Positions 43,574-55,391 of a DNA stretch of 64,000 nt are shown piece after piece. Made by a program: the position numbers and the translations under genes. The DNA comes from Macrostomum lignano (lineage: Eukaryota), in NCBI GenBank assembly GCA_002269645.1, contig NIVC01001316.1, positions 1 to 64,000 on the forward strand, given 5' to 3'. The stretch's first letter is position 1, and each line of letters opens with the position of its first letter. The notes under the pieces were generated by a model. It searched no databases. It was given only the letters and a program-made list of their open reading frames with translations, and was not told where the DNA came from.

Positions 43574-44374
43574 TCACTCCATGACATCTACTCCGTCACC
43601 TGGGTCATCTACTTCGTCACCTGGGTCGTCTACTTCGTCACCTGGGTCGTCTCGAACGTCCACGGCCCAATTGGTCAGGGCAATCTCGGCTGTGACGCCT
43701 TCTTCGTTTACGTATTCGAACGTCTCATGCTCAACTTCCAAGGCCAGACGAAATTCTTCGTCGTCCTTGGTAAAATCGACGATTGCCTTCTTGTATTTCA
43801 AAATCGTTGTAAGGCAATATCCAGTAAATGGCAGAGCTATGTAACGCATCGCTAGCTCGTAGTACGCTACATACTCTTTCGCCTTTCGGACGGTCAATCC
43901 GAATTCCTCCGCAATCTTCTCGATAGGCCTAGTTTTCGTACTGAAGACGATTGCCCGAGCCTGCTCGAACATTCCTAGGCTTTTTAAGTTTTCTAGCGGC
44001 CGCAGACAGTCCGAAATAGTCACAAATATACTGCGGACCTCTTCGCTAGATTTATTCCGTAGATCTTGTCCTAGGCTGGACAGCAGCGTCTTAAGCAGGC
44101 CACCGTCAATGCGAAGACCTTTTGCGGCCAGATAAGTGAGCCTCCGTTTGAGATTTCGTAGGAATGTCTCCTGCTCGTTGTCGGCATTGCGATTCATTGG
44201 TCTCCTTTTATGTTTTTTACTCTTGTTTTTTCCATCTTCTTCTAGCTTGTCAAGTTTCTCCTTAAACTTCTTCAGCTCCTCCGGCGACCAAGACGCTAAC
44301 GCCTCCGCAAGCGAAATATCGCTTTTCGCATGCAGCTCCTTCAATTTCTCGATTGTTTTCTCAATGTTGCTCAA
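43574..44374 (-). CDS. Orphan accessory protein: basic NLS-like patch, HTH-like segment, acidic repeat tail
   Basis: 801-nt open frame found only in copy 2; KNKSKKHKRR, PIEKIAEEFGLTVRKAKEYVAYY, (DDPGDEV)x3. The start is TTG and may be a mutated ATG. Confidence 0.7.
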   Translation of the reverse strand: MSNIEKTIEKLKELHAKSDISLAEALASWSPEELKKFKEKLDKLEEDGKNKSKKHKRRPMNRNADNEQETFLRNLKRRLTYLAAKGLRIDGGLLKTLLSSLGQDLRNKSSEEVRSIFVTISDCLRPLENLKSLGMFEQARAIVFSTKTRPIEKIAEEFGLTVRKAKEYVAYYELAMRYIALPFTGYCLTTILKYKKAIVDFTKDDEEFRLALEVEHETFEYVNEEGVTAEIALTNWAVDVRDDPGDEVDDPGDEVDDPGDGVDVME

Positions 44375-44651
44375 TGTGAAAATTGTGGCAATCGTTGTCG
44401 ATAGACTTGATAGTGAATTTAGCGCATAACCCCCAGACGAGGATTATGATTCGCTTTTATAGCTTTGGAAGGCGTGGGATTCTCTTTTTATTCTAGAATA
44501 TTCTAGAAGCAGAATTCTAGAAGGAAAACACTTTTCGTTGCTATAAATACGCCGGAATTAGACCACCCTATCCCGTCTCTCCCACTCCCATATAATCCCC
44601 TTTACAAGCTTTCGCGCAAGGTTTTCTTTCCAACCACTTGAGGCACTTGAA

Positions 44652-45152
44652 TCATTCTGCTCTCTCTACCCCCAGCTCTTTCAGCAGTCTTCCCAATTCA
44701 TTGTTAGGAGCGCACAAAATAAACTCTGCTCCCGTGCGTTCGCCCTCTCTCCCCGTGCACTCGCCCTCTCTCCCCAAACACCCGCCCTCGGCGTACACCC
44801 CCAACCCCAGTTTTGTCTTACTAAAAATAACAGCTTTAACTAGCTTCCGAGCGATCGACTCACGAAATCCGCTTGAAATCCCCATATTGTCGAGTCTCCT
44901 GAGCATTTCTTTGTCCCAGCGATTCTTCTCCTCAGGAAAATCTCCATACTTAACGTCGTGCCACATGCAGACAGAGTCTAGCTCGTTCACAGGCTCATGC
45001 CCAGGATTTGGGTTGTTGTTTCCATCCAGCTGTATTTCAAGAGGATTCAAAGGCCCGCAATATTTATAGCCGGGAAGTGTCCAGCCTTTGTTTGGATGAG
45101 GAAGCTTTTCTATCAGTCCATGTGAATCTAACTTACCACCAGAGCGTTGCAT
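44652..45152 (-). CDS. PLA2X-like phospholipase A2, intact frame
   Basis: GYKYCGP and HD motifs; KLGLG site follows the domain. Confidence 0.9.
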   Translation of the reverse strand: MQRSGGKLDSHGLIEKLPHPNKGWTLPGYKYCGPLNPLEIQLDGNNNPNPGHEPVNELDSVCMWHDVKYGDFPEEKNRWDKEMLRRLDNMGISSGFRESIARKLVKAVIFSKTKLGLGVYAEGGCLGREGECTGREGERTGAEFILCAPNNELGRLLKELGVERAE

Positions 45153-45181
45153 TATTTTATTTTATATTTTCTTTTTAAAAA

Positions 45182-46218
45182 ATGACAGATCAGAAACTTA
45201 AAAAACTCTACTACAGCGACAAAGGATTCTTTGTAGGAAAAAATGCAGTCACCAAACTCGCAGAACTAAGTAAGGAACCAAAAGCTAAAGTAGAAAAGTG
45301 GCTCTCTAAGCAAGCAGTCTACCAAGTCTATTTCCCACCAGTAAAATTTGAAAGGCCCCATTTCAGTATTTATAAACCTAATGAGGCGCACCAAGCAGAT
45401 CTTTTGTTTCTCCCCAACGACTCAGGCTACAAGTATGCTCTCACAATTATTGACATTGCTTCCAGATATAAGGAAGCTCGCCCACTCAAGACGAAGAAGT
45501 CAGAGGTTGTTGCCAGCGCACTGCAAGATATTTATAAAAACTCTCCGCTCACATACCCCCAAACCTTTATGACCGACCCGGGTAAGGAATTCATGGGTGC
45601 AGTGAAATCCCTTATGGAAAAGCACAATACAGAGATTCGCTACGGAAGAACAGACCTGCACAGGGATCAAGCGTACGTTGAGAGATTCAATCTAACTCTA
45701 GCCAAGAGACTATTCACTAAGCAGACAGCGCAAGAACTCAAACTGAGTGCGGGGCAGTACTATACCAAGTGGACAGAAAGACTCCCCACTGTTATAGAGC
45801 AACTGAACAATGAAGTCACACGCATGACTGGATTGAAACCATCCCATGCAATTAAACAAGACACTGTCGAACTTAAGGCATCTCATAGAACAGACAACAA
45901 CACGACAACCCCACACAACACACACAACACAAAACACACCTCGAACTACCCTAAGCTTCCAGGAGTTGAATCACCATACATACTGACAAACTCTGAGTTT
46001 CTACGCTTTTTATATCACCTGGAGAGCTAGAGAAAGACACCAAAAGAAGAGCTACAGATCCATACTTCAGCCTTGATGTGCATAAAATAGACAGACATTT
46101 TACCTCCGACTCCGGTGACTATTACTTTTTATCTCAAGCCTTTAACCCTAAATCCCCCACGCGGTCATTCACTAGAGCTGAACTCCTAGTGATACCAGCT
46201 GACACAGAAATTAATTAA
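45182..46218 (+). CDS. rve integrase, frameshift near 46015
   Basis: DDE motifs intact; the RRATDP C-terminal domain is in the shifted frame. Confidence 0.88.
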
Positions 46219-46234
46219 AATATTAAAATAAAAA

Positions 46235-46680
46235 ATGACAAAGATTGAAACCAGAACCATCAATAAACTCAATAAAATCATTGAATCAAAGAAACAGGTA
46301 TTATATCAATTAAAGGTGCCAAAGTAAAAATCGATCCCACGCAGCAAATACTTCAGTGTAATGAGCAAAGACACAGCATCACAGATGAAAAGTCAGGAGG
46401 AATCCTACCATTAGCAGCTCTTATTCCGATCATTGCAGGCGCTGTAAGTGCCGCAGGTGGTGTAGCTGGAGGTGTAGCAACTGCTGTTAAAGCTGGGAAT
46501 GATAGAGCCCACCAGCTGGAATTGCAAAAGATTGCAAGAGACAAAGGTATAACAATTAAGGCAGGAGAGGGCTGCCCCGATCGTGATGATTGTGAGAATG
46601 AAAATTCTATAAGCAAGTCTGACATTGTCAAAGCAATCATGACACTGCACAATGCTGGGTTTACAATAATGCGCATGTGA
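46235..46680 (+). pseudogene. pX-like precursor, -1 frameshift near 46293
   Basis: One C is missing relative to copy 1; KSGG-ILPLAALIPIIAGAVSAAGGVAGGVATAV lies in the downstream frame. Confidence 0.65.
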
Positions 46681-46820
46681 ATGTGAATGTGAAAGTGATG
46701 AGGTTTAAAACCCCACTTTATCCAGCTTCATAAACCTAACGCTACTGATAGGATGTAGAAACAGTTCAACTTTTCTATCAGGGTAGTAACCCTTAAATTT
46801 TTTTTATTTTAGAGAAAAAA

Positions 46821-49800
46821 ATGCCAAAAGCTAATCCAGCAAAAGATTTAGTCAACAAACATTTTTCAAAAGGCGTCTCATTTCAAGACAAAAGTAATTC
46901 ACTAAGAGAAGCATGCAAACAAAAGTTCAACACCGACCCTGGTCATCTGGGAAGCTATGAAAAACAGTTGGAAATCATCAAACAATTAGAATCCAACCAG
47001 TATGCGCCTATACAAAATCCTGCAAAGGAACACCAAGAGAGGAGTCGCAACTTAGTTAACAAATATGAAACTCTCACTGGTGAAAAAGCAAAGTACCCAC
47101 AAAATAAGCAGGAACAAGAGAAATTAGAGCAATTAATCCATTTAAAAGAGTCGGAGCTTGCCACTGAAAAAGATTAATTTTGCACAGAGGAAGTTTACAG
47201 AACATTACATAGAGTACACAATCCCAATTAACGGCACCAACGGCACCACCGCAAACATCTACGACTATAAAGACAGCATCCAATCAGTTGTTGATCACAC
47301 ACTCAAAACACGCAAGACTTTTAAACTACAGATATCATTCAAGATTGCGTTTTAAAATGCCTGCAAAACCTACTGAGCATCTCGAGTATTACATGACAAC
47401 AAAGGCAAAGCCATTCACCCCTACAGACACACTGGATCCTTTCCTTCAAGATGTCACTAAGAAAATTGAAGCGTTTACATCCAGAGGTTCCGGATGGGTC
47501 GTAGGAGGGATTCAAAGAGCAATTGTCATGGTCATGAAATATGACCCACTTAAAGCCTCCTCTTATATAGAGCTCCCGCATTAGCTAGCCGGTAAAAAAG
47601 CTTGCATAAATGTTAAAAATAAAGACAATTGCTGTGCTCTATGGGCAGTTCTTTCTGCACTTCTTCATGATAGGGTACCTCACCACCCCGAAAGAACCTC
47701 AAATTATCAAAATTATTTCAAGGACTATCTCATCGAATGTGAAAAGAAGGGAATCAGGTTTGACAAAGGAGGCTTGGCGATCTCTCAGATCCCAAAGCTA
47801 GAAGAAGTGTTTAATAACAAAATTAGAATCACAGTCTTTGAGTGGAGTGAAAAAACTGAGAAAGTTCAACCGGTCAGATGTAGCAAAGACGTTTTAGATC
47901 CGAGGGGAAAAGGCGGACTGAAGTGGATCTTCTAGTGATTGGTAATTTACTAGAGGAGGCTCACTATGTTTGGATTAAAGATCTTTCAAGACTCATTCAC
48001 AAGCAGTTGAATAATCATCACGAGGCTGTTGCCATCTGCCGCTTGTGCCTTAAGCATTACAGTGGACCTGAACGCTTTGAAAAACTAGCAGAGCATGAAT
48101 TATCATGCGAGGATCACCCAACAAACTGCTCTCTTCCTTCAGCTGAAGAGAAGTATCTCCGGTTTAAGAATTATCATAAGATGGAGAAGCTCCCATTTGT
48201 TGTATATGCTGATTTCGAATGCTCAATCGTGCCAGAAACTCAAAAACAAACTCCAACTCAAAAACATATCCCCAATTCAGTAGCATATGCCTTTATTAAT
48301 ACAAAAGGACTTGTTGAGTATAATTATTTCTTTGGAGAGCAGTGTGTGGAGCAGTTTATTGCCAGAATGTTAGAGTTGCAAAAAGTGATTAGCACCCTTC
48401 AACCTGTTCCAATAATGATGACTGAGGAGGATGAAAGCAATTTCCTATCAGCAACTCATTGCCACATCTGCAGGAAACATTTAACTTGCACTAATATTAA
48501 AAACCCCACCGTTAGGGACCACTGCCACTATACTGGGAAATTTAGAGGTGCAGCGCATAACACCTGTAATCTAAAGCTAAAATCGAACATTCATGATCTA
48601 ACAATATTTTGTCACAACGCAAAGAACTATGACATGCATTTAATAGTTGAAAAAATCGGCATGATTCCAGACATACACCTTGATTGCATCGCAGAGAACA
48701 AGGAGAAGTTTAAGTGTGTTGATATTAAACAGGATAATTCGGGTACAGGTAAAATAAGACTGAAGGATTCATATCAATTTCTAGCTGCCAGTCTAGACGA
48801 ACTAAGCAAGAATCTAAAAGATGAACAATGTACATATACAAAGATGTTTGCAAGTAAAATTAACAACAGTGATGAATCATTTAAACTTTTAAGAAAGAAA
48901 GGCTTCTACCCCTATGAAAATATTACTGGGTATCACGTATTTGAAGATGGTTTACCACCACAGGAGAAGTTCTTTTCAAAACTAACAGACTCTGAAATCT
49001 CTGACAAAGACTATGAGCACGCGAAGCATGTCTATAATTACTTTAATTTTCAAAACTTTTCCAGTATCACCTGCTTTACCTCTACACAGATGTGTTTCTG
49101 CTGGCCGATGTGTTTGAAACCTTCAGATACACCTGGTACACAGCATATGGCCTCGATCCAGCACATTATGTGTCTCTGCCTGCCACTAGCTGGGAATCTT
49201 TGCTTAAAATGAAATGGGATCAAGATCCAGATTGGTACATTGAACTTCTTACAGACATTGACATGTACAATTTTGTCGAATCGTCAAAGCGAGGGGGAAT
49301 CTCAATTTGCGTTAACAGGTATGCAAAAGCAAACAATCCCTACATTGAATCTTACAATAAGGAGCAGCCCTCAAACTACATTACTTACTTGGACGCTAAT
49401 AATCTCTACGGGTGGGCGATGAGTCAAGATCTTCCAGTTAGAGATTTTCGATGGCTACCCTCATCAGAATTCAAATGGGACTTTTCATTGGCTGCCATTT
49501 ATGAGGTTGATGTTTACATTCCACCAGAGCTTCACGACTATTTCTCTGACTTTCCACCCTTCCCAGAGAACATCAAGTGCCCGAAAATAATCGAAACTCC
49601 CAATGATAATAATGGAACTTGGCTGTCAGGAACAGAAAAAGAACATACAGAGAAACTAACACAGAATCTAAACAACAAGACACGTTACAAAATCCATTAC
49701 AAACTGCTTCAGTATTTTATCTCACTTGGTTGCAGGGTCACCAAAGTTCACAGGGCTCTTACATTTACAGAGGAAGCGTGGATGAAACCCTACATTGATA

Positions 49801-50662
49801 AGAACACCCAGTTTAGGACCAAAGCAACCAACGACTTTGACAAGAACCTCTTTAAGTTGGCCAACAACTCTGTCTATGGCAAGACTCTTGAAATGAGCGG
49901 AAAAGAACAAACCTGAAACTTGTTACCTCATCAGAGCCTGATGTTATTCAGGCAAATATGTCAAAGCCAACATTCAAAGAACTCCATATCTTTAATAGCT
50001 ACTTAGGTGTGATCATATTTTACAAAACCAAGGTGACGCTGCGCAAGCCGATCTATACAGGTGTCACTGTTCTCGACGAATCAAAACGTCTGATGTACCA
50101 ATTCTTCTATGGCATGAAGCAGCAGTACAAGGATAAAATGAAACTCTTGTACACCGACACAGACAGTTTTATTATGGACATTCAAACAGAAGACATTTAT
50201 CAGGACATGCTGCAGCAAAAAGATTTGTTTGACTTGTCTGAGTATGATGAATCTTGCAGGACACAGAATGGTGATCAAGTGTTTGACGCTACTAACAAGA
50301 AAGTGATTGGGAAAATGAAGGACGAGATTGCTGGTGACATAATCACTGAATTCATTGGGTTGAGAGCAAAGTCCTATTTTATAAAATGTGAGTCGTCAGA
50401 CCCAATCAAAAAATCAAAGGGAATTCCGAAACGTGTAGTTAGGAAGGAAATTAATGAAGCTGAATACAGAGACGCCTTGAATTGCAACAAAAAGACATCA
50501 CATGAGTTCTCAAAGCTACAATCTAAAAACCATATTATTCACACAATTCAGCAAAAGAAGATTGGACTGTCAGGTGCAGATAACAAAAGATTCATTTTTG
50601 ATGACAATATTAACAGTCTACCGTTCGGGCACTGGAGATTAGGTTTAGGAGGTGGAGGTTAG
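46821..50662 (+). pseudogene. polB: pPolB with about five frameshifts and one nonsense codon
   Basis: Collinear with 32118-35983; breaks near 47165, 47350, 47584 (TAG), 47900, 49060 and 49892. Confidence 0.93.
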
Positions 50663-50760
50663 GTTTAGGAGGTGGAGATTAGGTTCGGGCACTGGAGGTT
50701 AGGTTCGGGCATTGGAGATTGGGTTTAGGTTTAAGAGAAAGTTTAATAAAACTCATAAAA

Positions 50761-51162
50761 ATGACGACAAATAACTTTCTTGAAGATTTGGCTAACGAAC
50801 TGGAAATCCCAAACTTTAGAGGAATATTTATGAGGGACACTCTGCCTGATTTTCCTCTAAGAAAAGAATGCGGCATCATGAACTTTGACACCACCGATAA
50901 GCCAGGATCTCATTGGGTTTGCTGGGTGATTGATCCCGATCGCAAGCACAAGTGTTATTACTTCGATAGCTATGGGACGGCAGTACCAGAAGAGCTAAGA
51001 AATTATATGAAGGGAAAAAATAATAAAAAAATTTATCGCTCAGACTTTATTCTCCAAGGTCTTAGCAGTGATATTTGCGGTGAGCTGTGCATGACTGTTT
51101 TGTATGCAATGACCAAAACACGAAAGACCTACAAGGAAATTATTCGTACCTGTGTTTCATAG
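50761..51162 (+). CDS. Adenain-like cysteine protease
   Basis: Same H/D/Q/C motifs as 36071-36472; ATG at 50761. Confidence 0.92.
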   Translation: MTTNNFLEDLANELEIPNFRGIFMRDTLPDFPLRKECGIMNFDTTDKPGSHWVCWVIDPDRKHKCYYFDSYGTAVPEELRNYMKGKNNKKIYRSDFILQGLSSDICGELCMTVLYAMTKTRKTYKEIIRTCVS

Positions 51163-51166
51163 GGGT

Positions 51167-51824
51167 TCATTGTGCATTTCTCGTTGTACTTCTCGTTGTC
51201 CTTCTTTCCACATAATGTTGAAGAACTTTCTCGAGTTCATTTCTCAGCTGACTCATGTCATCAGTACCGACCATGTTCAAGTTCATTCGAATTGATTGTT
51301 CATAAAGATCCTGAATGGTTTTGAACTCATCCTCTGAAATGAACTTATCCTCGATTGCCCTTGAAATGTACCCTATGATTGATGTGTGCACCCCTTTCTC
51401 TTTTACTTGCTTCTCCTGTAGCTGCTTTAGTTTTTTTCGCCTGTTTCGCGCTAATGCTCCAGTAATTGCTGAAATAAGTCCACATGCAGCACCCACAGAG
51501 CCGAGCGGGATTGCGATTGGGGCTGTGATGACTGGCAACACTGAGACAGCTGCAGCAGATCCAGATAGAACAGACACAGATCCTAGAATCATATTGCTGT
51601 AGTCGAAAAATTTACAGTGGTTGTCATAGCGCTTAATTTTTTTTTGTGTTGTGGAAAATATTTTTTTCAAGATCATCGCGCATTTTTTGAATCTCCACTA
51701 GTCGAAACTGTTGAGAGTTACAAGTAATGACGGGGTAGAGTTTTTGTTGCTCATATTGGGGTGCACTAGGTGCACTAGGTGTTGTGGGAGCGTTCGGATC
51801 ATAAAGAGAATTTTGAGCATCCAT
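51167..51824 (-). pseudogene. GasderminX-like membrane protein, frameshift in a T run near 51645
   Basis: Two track ORFs join to match 36477-37142. Confidence 0.65.
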
Positions 51825-51932
51825 TTTGTAGGGAATTTTTTTAAAAAAATCGGCAACTAGTTGGTGGTGGTTAGATTTGTTTTACGGTTGATTGCTTCGT
51901 CTGCAGTGACGGCAACAGGTCTCTGAATTTGC

Positions 51933-52742
51933 CTATTCATTGTCTGTGAGCTCCATTCTACGTCTGATCTCAAACAAGTCGGTTGGATCACTTATTTCCC
52001 TTGTGGTCTGTGGTGGTGCGTCTTCAACGTCAATGTTTTTGAGATTATGCAAGCGTTCAAGACGACCGATTCTTCTCACCGATTTCTGCCATTCGGTAAA
52101 AACTAAATCTACAAAGACTTTAATTGCAGTAATTCTTACTTTGATTTGATCATGCAACGCTGTTGACTGAGTCATGAACTCTTCTAAATTCCTCACTTTA
52201 ACTGTGTTGGTTGCGACGTTTTCTTTAATTCTATCATGCAACGCTGTTGACTGGTTCATGAACTCTTCTAAATTATTCACTTTAACTGTGTTGGTTGCGA
52301 CGTTTTCTTTAATTCTATCATGCAACGCTGTTGACTGGTTCATGAACTCTTCTAAATTCCTCACTTTAACTGTGTTTGTGAAAACTCCTTCTTCAAGAAT
52401 ACGCATCCGTCTATCAGTGGAATTTCCCAGAAGATTAACTGATGATCTCAAGCCGTTGATTAGCGAGACCGCCGAAGTTATTTCTGACCTTAGTTCATTA
52501 GTTGCGTTTAACAACGGCACATAAAGCTTATCACTGTCAAACTTCTGTCTAGCTACTTTAAGCCTGAGATCTTCCATGTTGATTTGCAACTGGTGCATGG
52601 AGCGCTCTAGGGCTTTCAGTCTGTTTTTATTCAGTTTGATCTCTGGGATCTCTTCATCAGTGTTAATGTAGCGCTTATCAAGGAAGGAAGTTGTGAGAGT
52701 GCTGTTGCCTGTAGTTGATTCACCTGCAAAATTAATAGACAT
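51933..52742 (-). CDS. Coiled-coil protein with a 28-aa (84-bp) unit in three copies
   Basis: TNTVKVRNLEEFMNQSTALHDRIKENVA repeats; nucleotide period 84 (52173, 52257, 52341). Confidence 0.75.
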   Translation of the reverse strand: MSINFAGESTTGNSTLTTSFLDKRYINTDEEIPEIKLNKNRLKALERSMHQLQINMEDLRLKVARQKFDSDKLYVPLLNATNELRSEITSAVSLINGLRSSVNLLGNSTDRRMRILEEGVFTNTVKVRNLEEFMNQSTALHDRIKENVATNTVKVNNLEEFMNQSTALHDRIKENVATNTVKVRNLEEFMTQSTALHDQIKVRITAIKVFVDLVFTEWQKSVRRIGRLERLHNLKNIDVEDAPPQTTREISDPTDLFEIRRRMELTDNE

Positions 52743-52757
52743 TTTTTAAATGAAAAA

Positions 52758-53558
52758 TTAAATTAAAATTCTTTTCTCCTTATTAATCATGACAAACTGA
52801 TAAGGTTGGTTCCACTTTTCATAGCATATGTTAACAAATTCCTCCTGTGATATTGTTCTGTTAGAGTTCTTAGCTGGATATGTAATGTGAGCTGGGGCAA
52901 TGACTTCATTATAAAATCGTTTCAGTCGATCCTGTGGTATGGTTGGGAAAAGGAGAATCAAATTACAGTTACCTCTAATTGTTTTATTTGGCAGTTCAAA
53001 CCAGTTTTGGGCAATGTAAATAACATTGCAGTTATTGTGTCTACCCCGGGTGAAATAATTTTCTATCTGTTTCTGGGGACCGGTCATGCAGTCATCAAAG
53101 ACAATCAGGTGCTTTCTCCCCTTTTCTAGTTCATCAGGTTGAGGTAAGAGTTTAGTTTTAGGATCTATCTGTGGATCTCCATAAGTGAAAACTTTAATAT
53201 TTTGCCATTTTTCATTGTCTGGGATGTGCTTTGCGTATTCAGTGGCTACAACTTCCGGGTTGCTGTTGAGGTCTTTTTGATGTCTAAAACATTGAATAAT
53301 ATCTTCCTTGTTGAGTTTGTTCTGTAGGCCCGCTACTAGCATTTTATACTCATCTTGATACAGAGTGGGTGAATAGATATGTAGTGTGTCATAATCGAGG
53401 AATCCAGGTCTGAGGAGCATGTTAAAAACTCTGAAGGTTTTCCCTGACCCAGATGAGCCAACAACAATGCATCGGAAGTGCCCTGGAATTATCTCGTTGT
53501 GAGCAAATTTTATCTGATTGCGTGTCCAGTGGGGATGAAAGTCGTTTGTGAAGTCCAT
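52758..53558 (-). CDS. A32/FtsK-like packaging ATPase
   Basis: GSSGSGKT, LIVFDD, FTRGRH. Confidence 0.95.
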   Translation of the reverse strand: MDFTNDFHPHWTRNQIKFAHNEIIPGHFRCIVVGSSGSGKTFRVFNMLLRPGFLDYDTLHIYSPTLYQDEYKMLVAGLQNKLNKEDIIQCFRHQKDLNSNPEVVATEYAKHIPDNEKWQNIKVFTYGDPQIDPKTKLLPQPDELEKGRKHLIVFDDCMTGPQKQIENYFTRGRHNNCNVIYIAQNWFELPNKTIRGNCNLILLFPTIPQDRLKRFYNEVIAPAHITYPAKNSNRTISQEEFVNICYEKWNQPYQFVMINKEKRILI

Positions 53559-53750
53559 TTTTTATGTAAAAAAACTTTTTCTTTTTAAACTTGTGTATTT
53601 AAGACGCGTGTGTCTTTTTTCGGGATGTGTATGTGTGTGTCTCTTTACGGGATATGTGTCTTTTTTCGGGTTGTGTGTGTCTTTTCGACTAGTCCTACAT
53701 CCGACTAGTCCTACACCCTCACACCTCTTTTACCGTCAGGGTGCACCAAA

Positions 53751-54130
53751 TTAGTCAAATTTAAAACCGCCTCCTTTCTTATATTCAGCTCTCATCTTTG
53801 CGTAGATGGCTGGATCGACACTATCTGCACTCGGTGCAAGGGGTTGAATATCTGGTATTGATTTCCGGGTTTCATGAACCGTATCCTTTATCTTTTTGGC
53901 TGCTGTGGCTACACTGCCAGCCGCTTCGGCAACGTTCTTGATGTTCTCTTTGTTCTCTCCAATGACCTTAAAAATCTTGGCCCCTTGAGCGATCAAATCA
54001 GCAAGACCGTTCCCTGAGCGTTCTTTTCTTGGATAGTGGCCTGCAGGGAAAAGTCCAGATCCGCCTTAATGAGATTAAGTTCCTCTTTGTCGTAGTATTT
54101 GTCAATGTCTTTTTCGAAAATAATTGGCAT
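53751..54130 (-). pseudogene. pVI/cupiennin-like precursor, -1 frameshift near 54065
   Basis: Homolog of 38848-39234 with one base missing. Confidence 0.6.
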
Positions 54131-54146
54131 CTTTTTAAATAGAAAT

Positions 54147-55361
54147 TTATTTTTTGTTAAACCGTGAAAGCAAAAGTTCTCTTGCTCTTTTATCGATTTA
54201 TTTTCTCTCAAGCATTTTGTCCAGGATGTTGACAAATTCTTTTCTATTCTCGTCTTTCATTCCGGTCTTTGCCGCTCCTAGAAGAACAGCTAACCGCTTG
54301 TAGAATTCAGGCATGCCTTTTCCGGAAGAGCTTGGAGGTGATTCGAATGATTGGTCAGAGGAGGAACTGTCATGTGGCGCTTGTCTTTGTTGAGGTGTGA
54401 ATACTCTGTCATTGATTCGCTTCATTCGTTCTGGGGAGAGCCGCTCTAATTGTCGCCATTCATCTGGGCGCTGGTTTCTGTACTGGGAAATCTCATTTGG
54501 CCCTGCTTTTTCAAGCGCTTCTAGTACTTGTTCGGGTGTGATTTGTTGCTGTGGCGGTGGAGGTTGTTGTGGTTGTGGTTGTGTTTGTGGTTGCTGCTGT
54601 TGTGGTTGTTGTAGTTGTTGTTTTGGTTGCTGCTGTTGTGGTTGCTGCTGTTGTGGCTGTGGTTGTTGTGGTTGTTGTCTTATGACCTCTTCTTGATCCG
54701 GCAAACCAAACCATTGTTTAAAGTATTTGTATTTTCTAAACCTGTTCAAGTCAATCCTGTTTTCATGTAAAACTTTCAAAACACCGTTGTTCTTGAGAAT
54801 GTCTATGTCCCTCTCTAAAGCGAAGGTAACCAGATCTCTATAATTCTTTAATTGCTTCTCGGATATTTTTTCCTGATTTTTAGTCATGTAGTCGAGTAAA
54901 CTTTGAGTGAAGGGGATTCGTTTAGTTTCTGCGCCTTTATTGATTGAAATAGTTTCCTTCGTCACTTCAATGTTGTAATCCGCCGGTTCCCCGGTGATAT
55001 TTTTTCGCCAGGCGCTAATTCCAAATATATATTTTCCATCATCCGTTACGGGGCCAAAAAAGTTATCCGTCACTTTCATCTGCACTGGTTGTCCTGGTTG
55101 CTGAGCCTGTGGTTGTCCTGGTGAAGATGGGATTTTACCCAATGTGTTTTGCAAGTGGCTCTCTTGAATATCATCAACTGCTTCCTTCACAGTGTCGAGG
55201 TTTTTCTTCGCTTCTGTGTATCCGGGTTTGTGAAATTCGGTGGCTGCTTGGACAAACTCATTGTAGGATTGTTGCTCCTTATTTATTAGCCCGGTAACTC
55301 GTTTCTCTGCTTGTGCTAGCTTCTCCAATTCAGATATCTGCTGTGTACTTTTTCGCTTCAT
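54147..55361 (-). CDS. Conserved Polinton (PW-like) protein with a poly-Q region; TAT>TAA stop 17 codons early at 54198
   Basis: FGPVTDDGKYIFG...LLDYM...YRDLV, Q-rich linker, RLAVLLGA C-terminal helix; copy 1 supplies the read-through end. Confidence 0.65.
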
Positions 55362-55391
55362 TTCTTATTTTATTTTATTTTTAGTTAAAAA

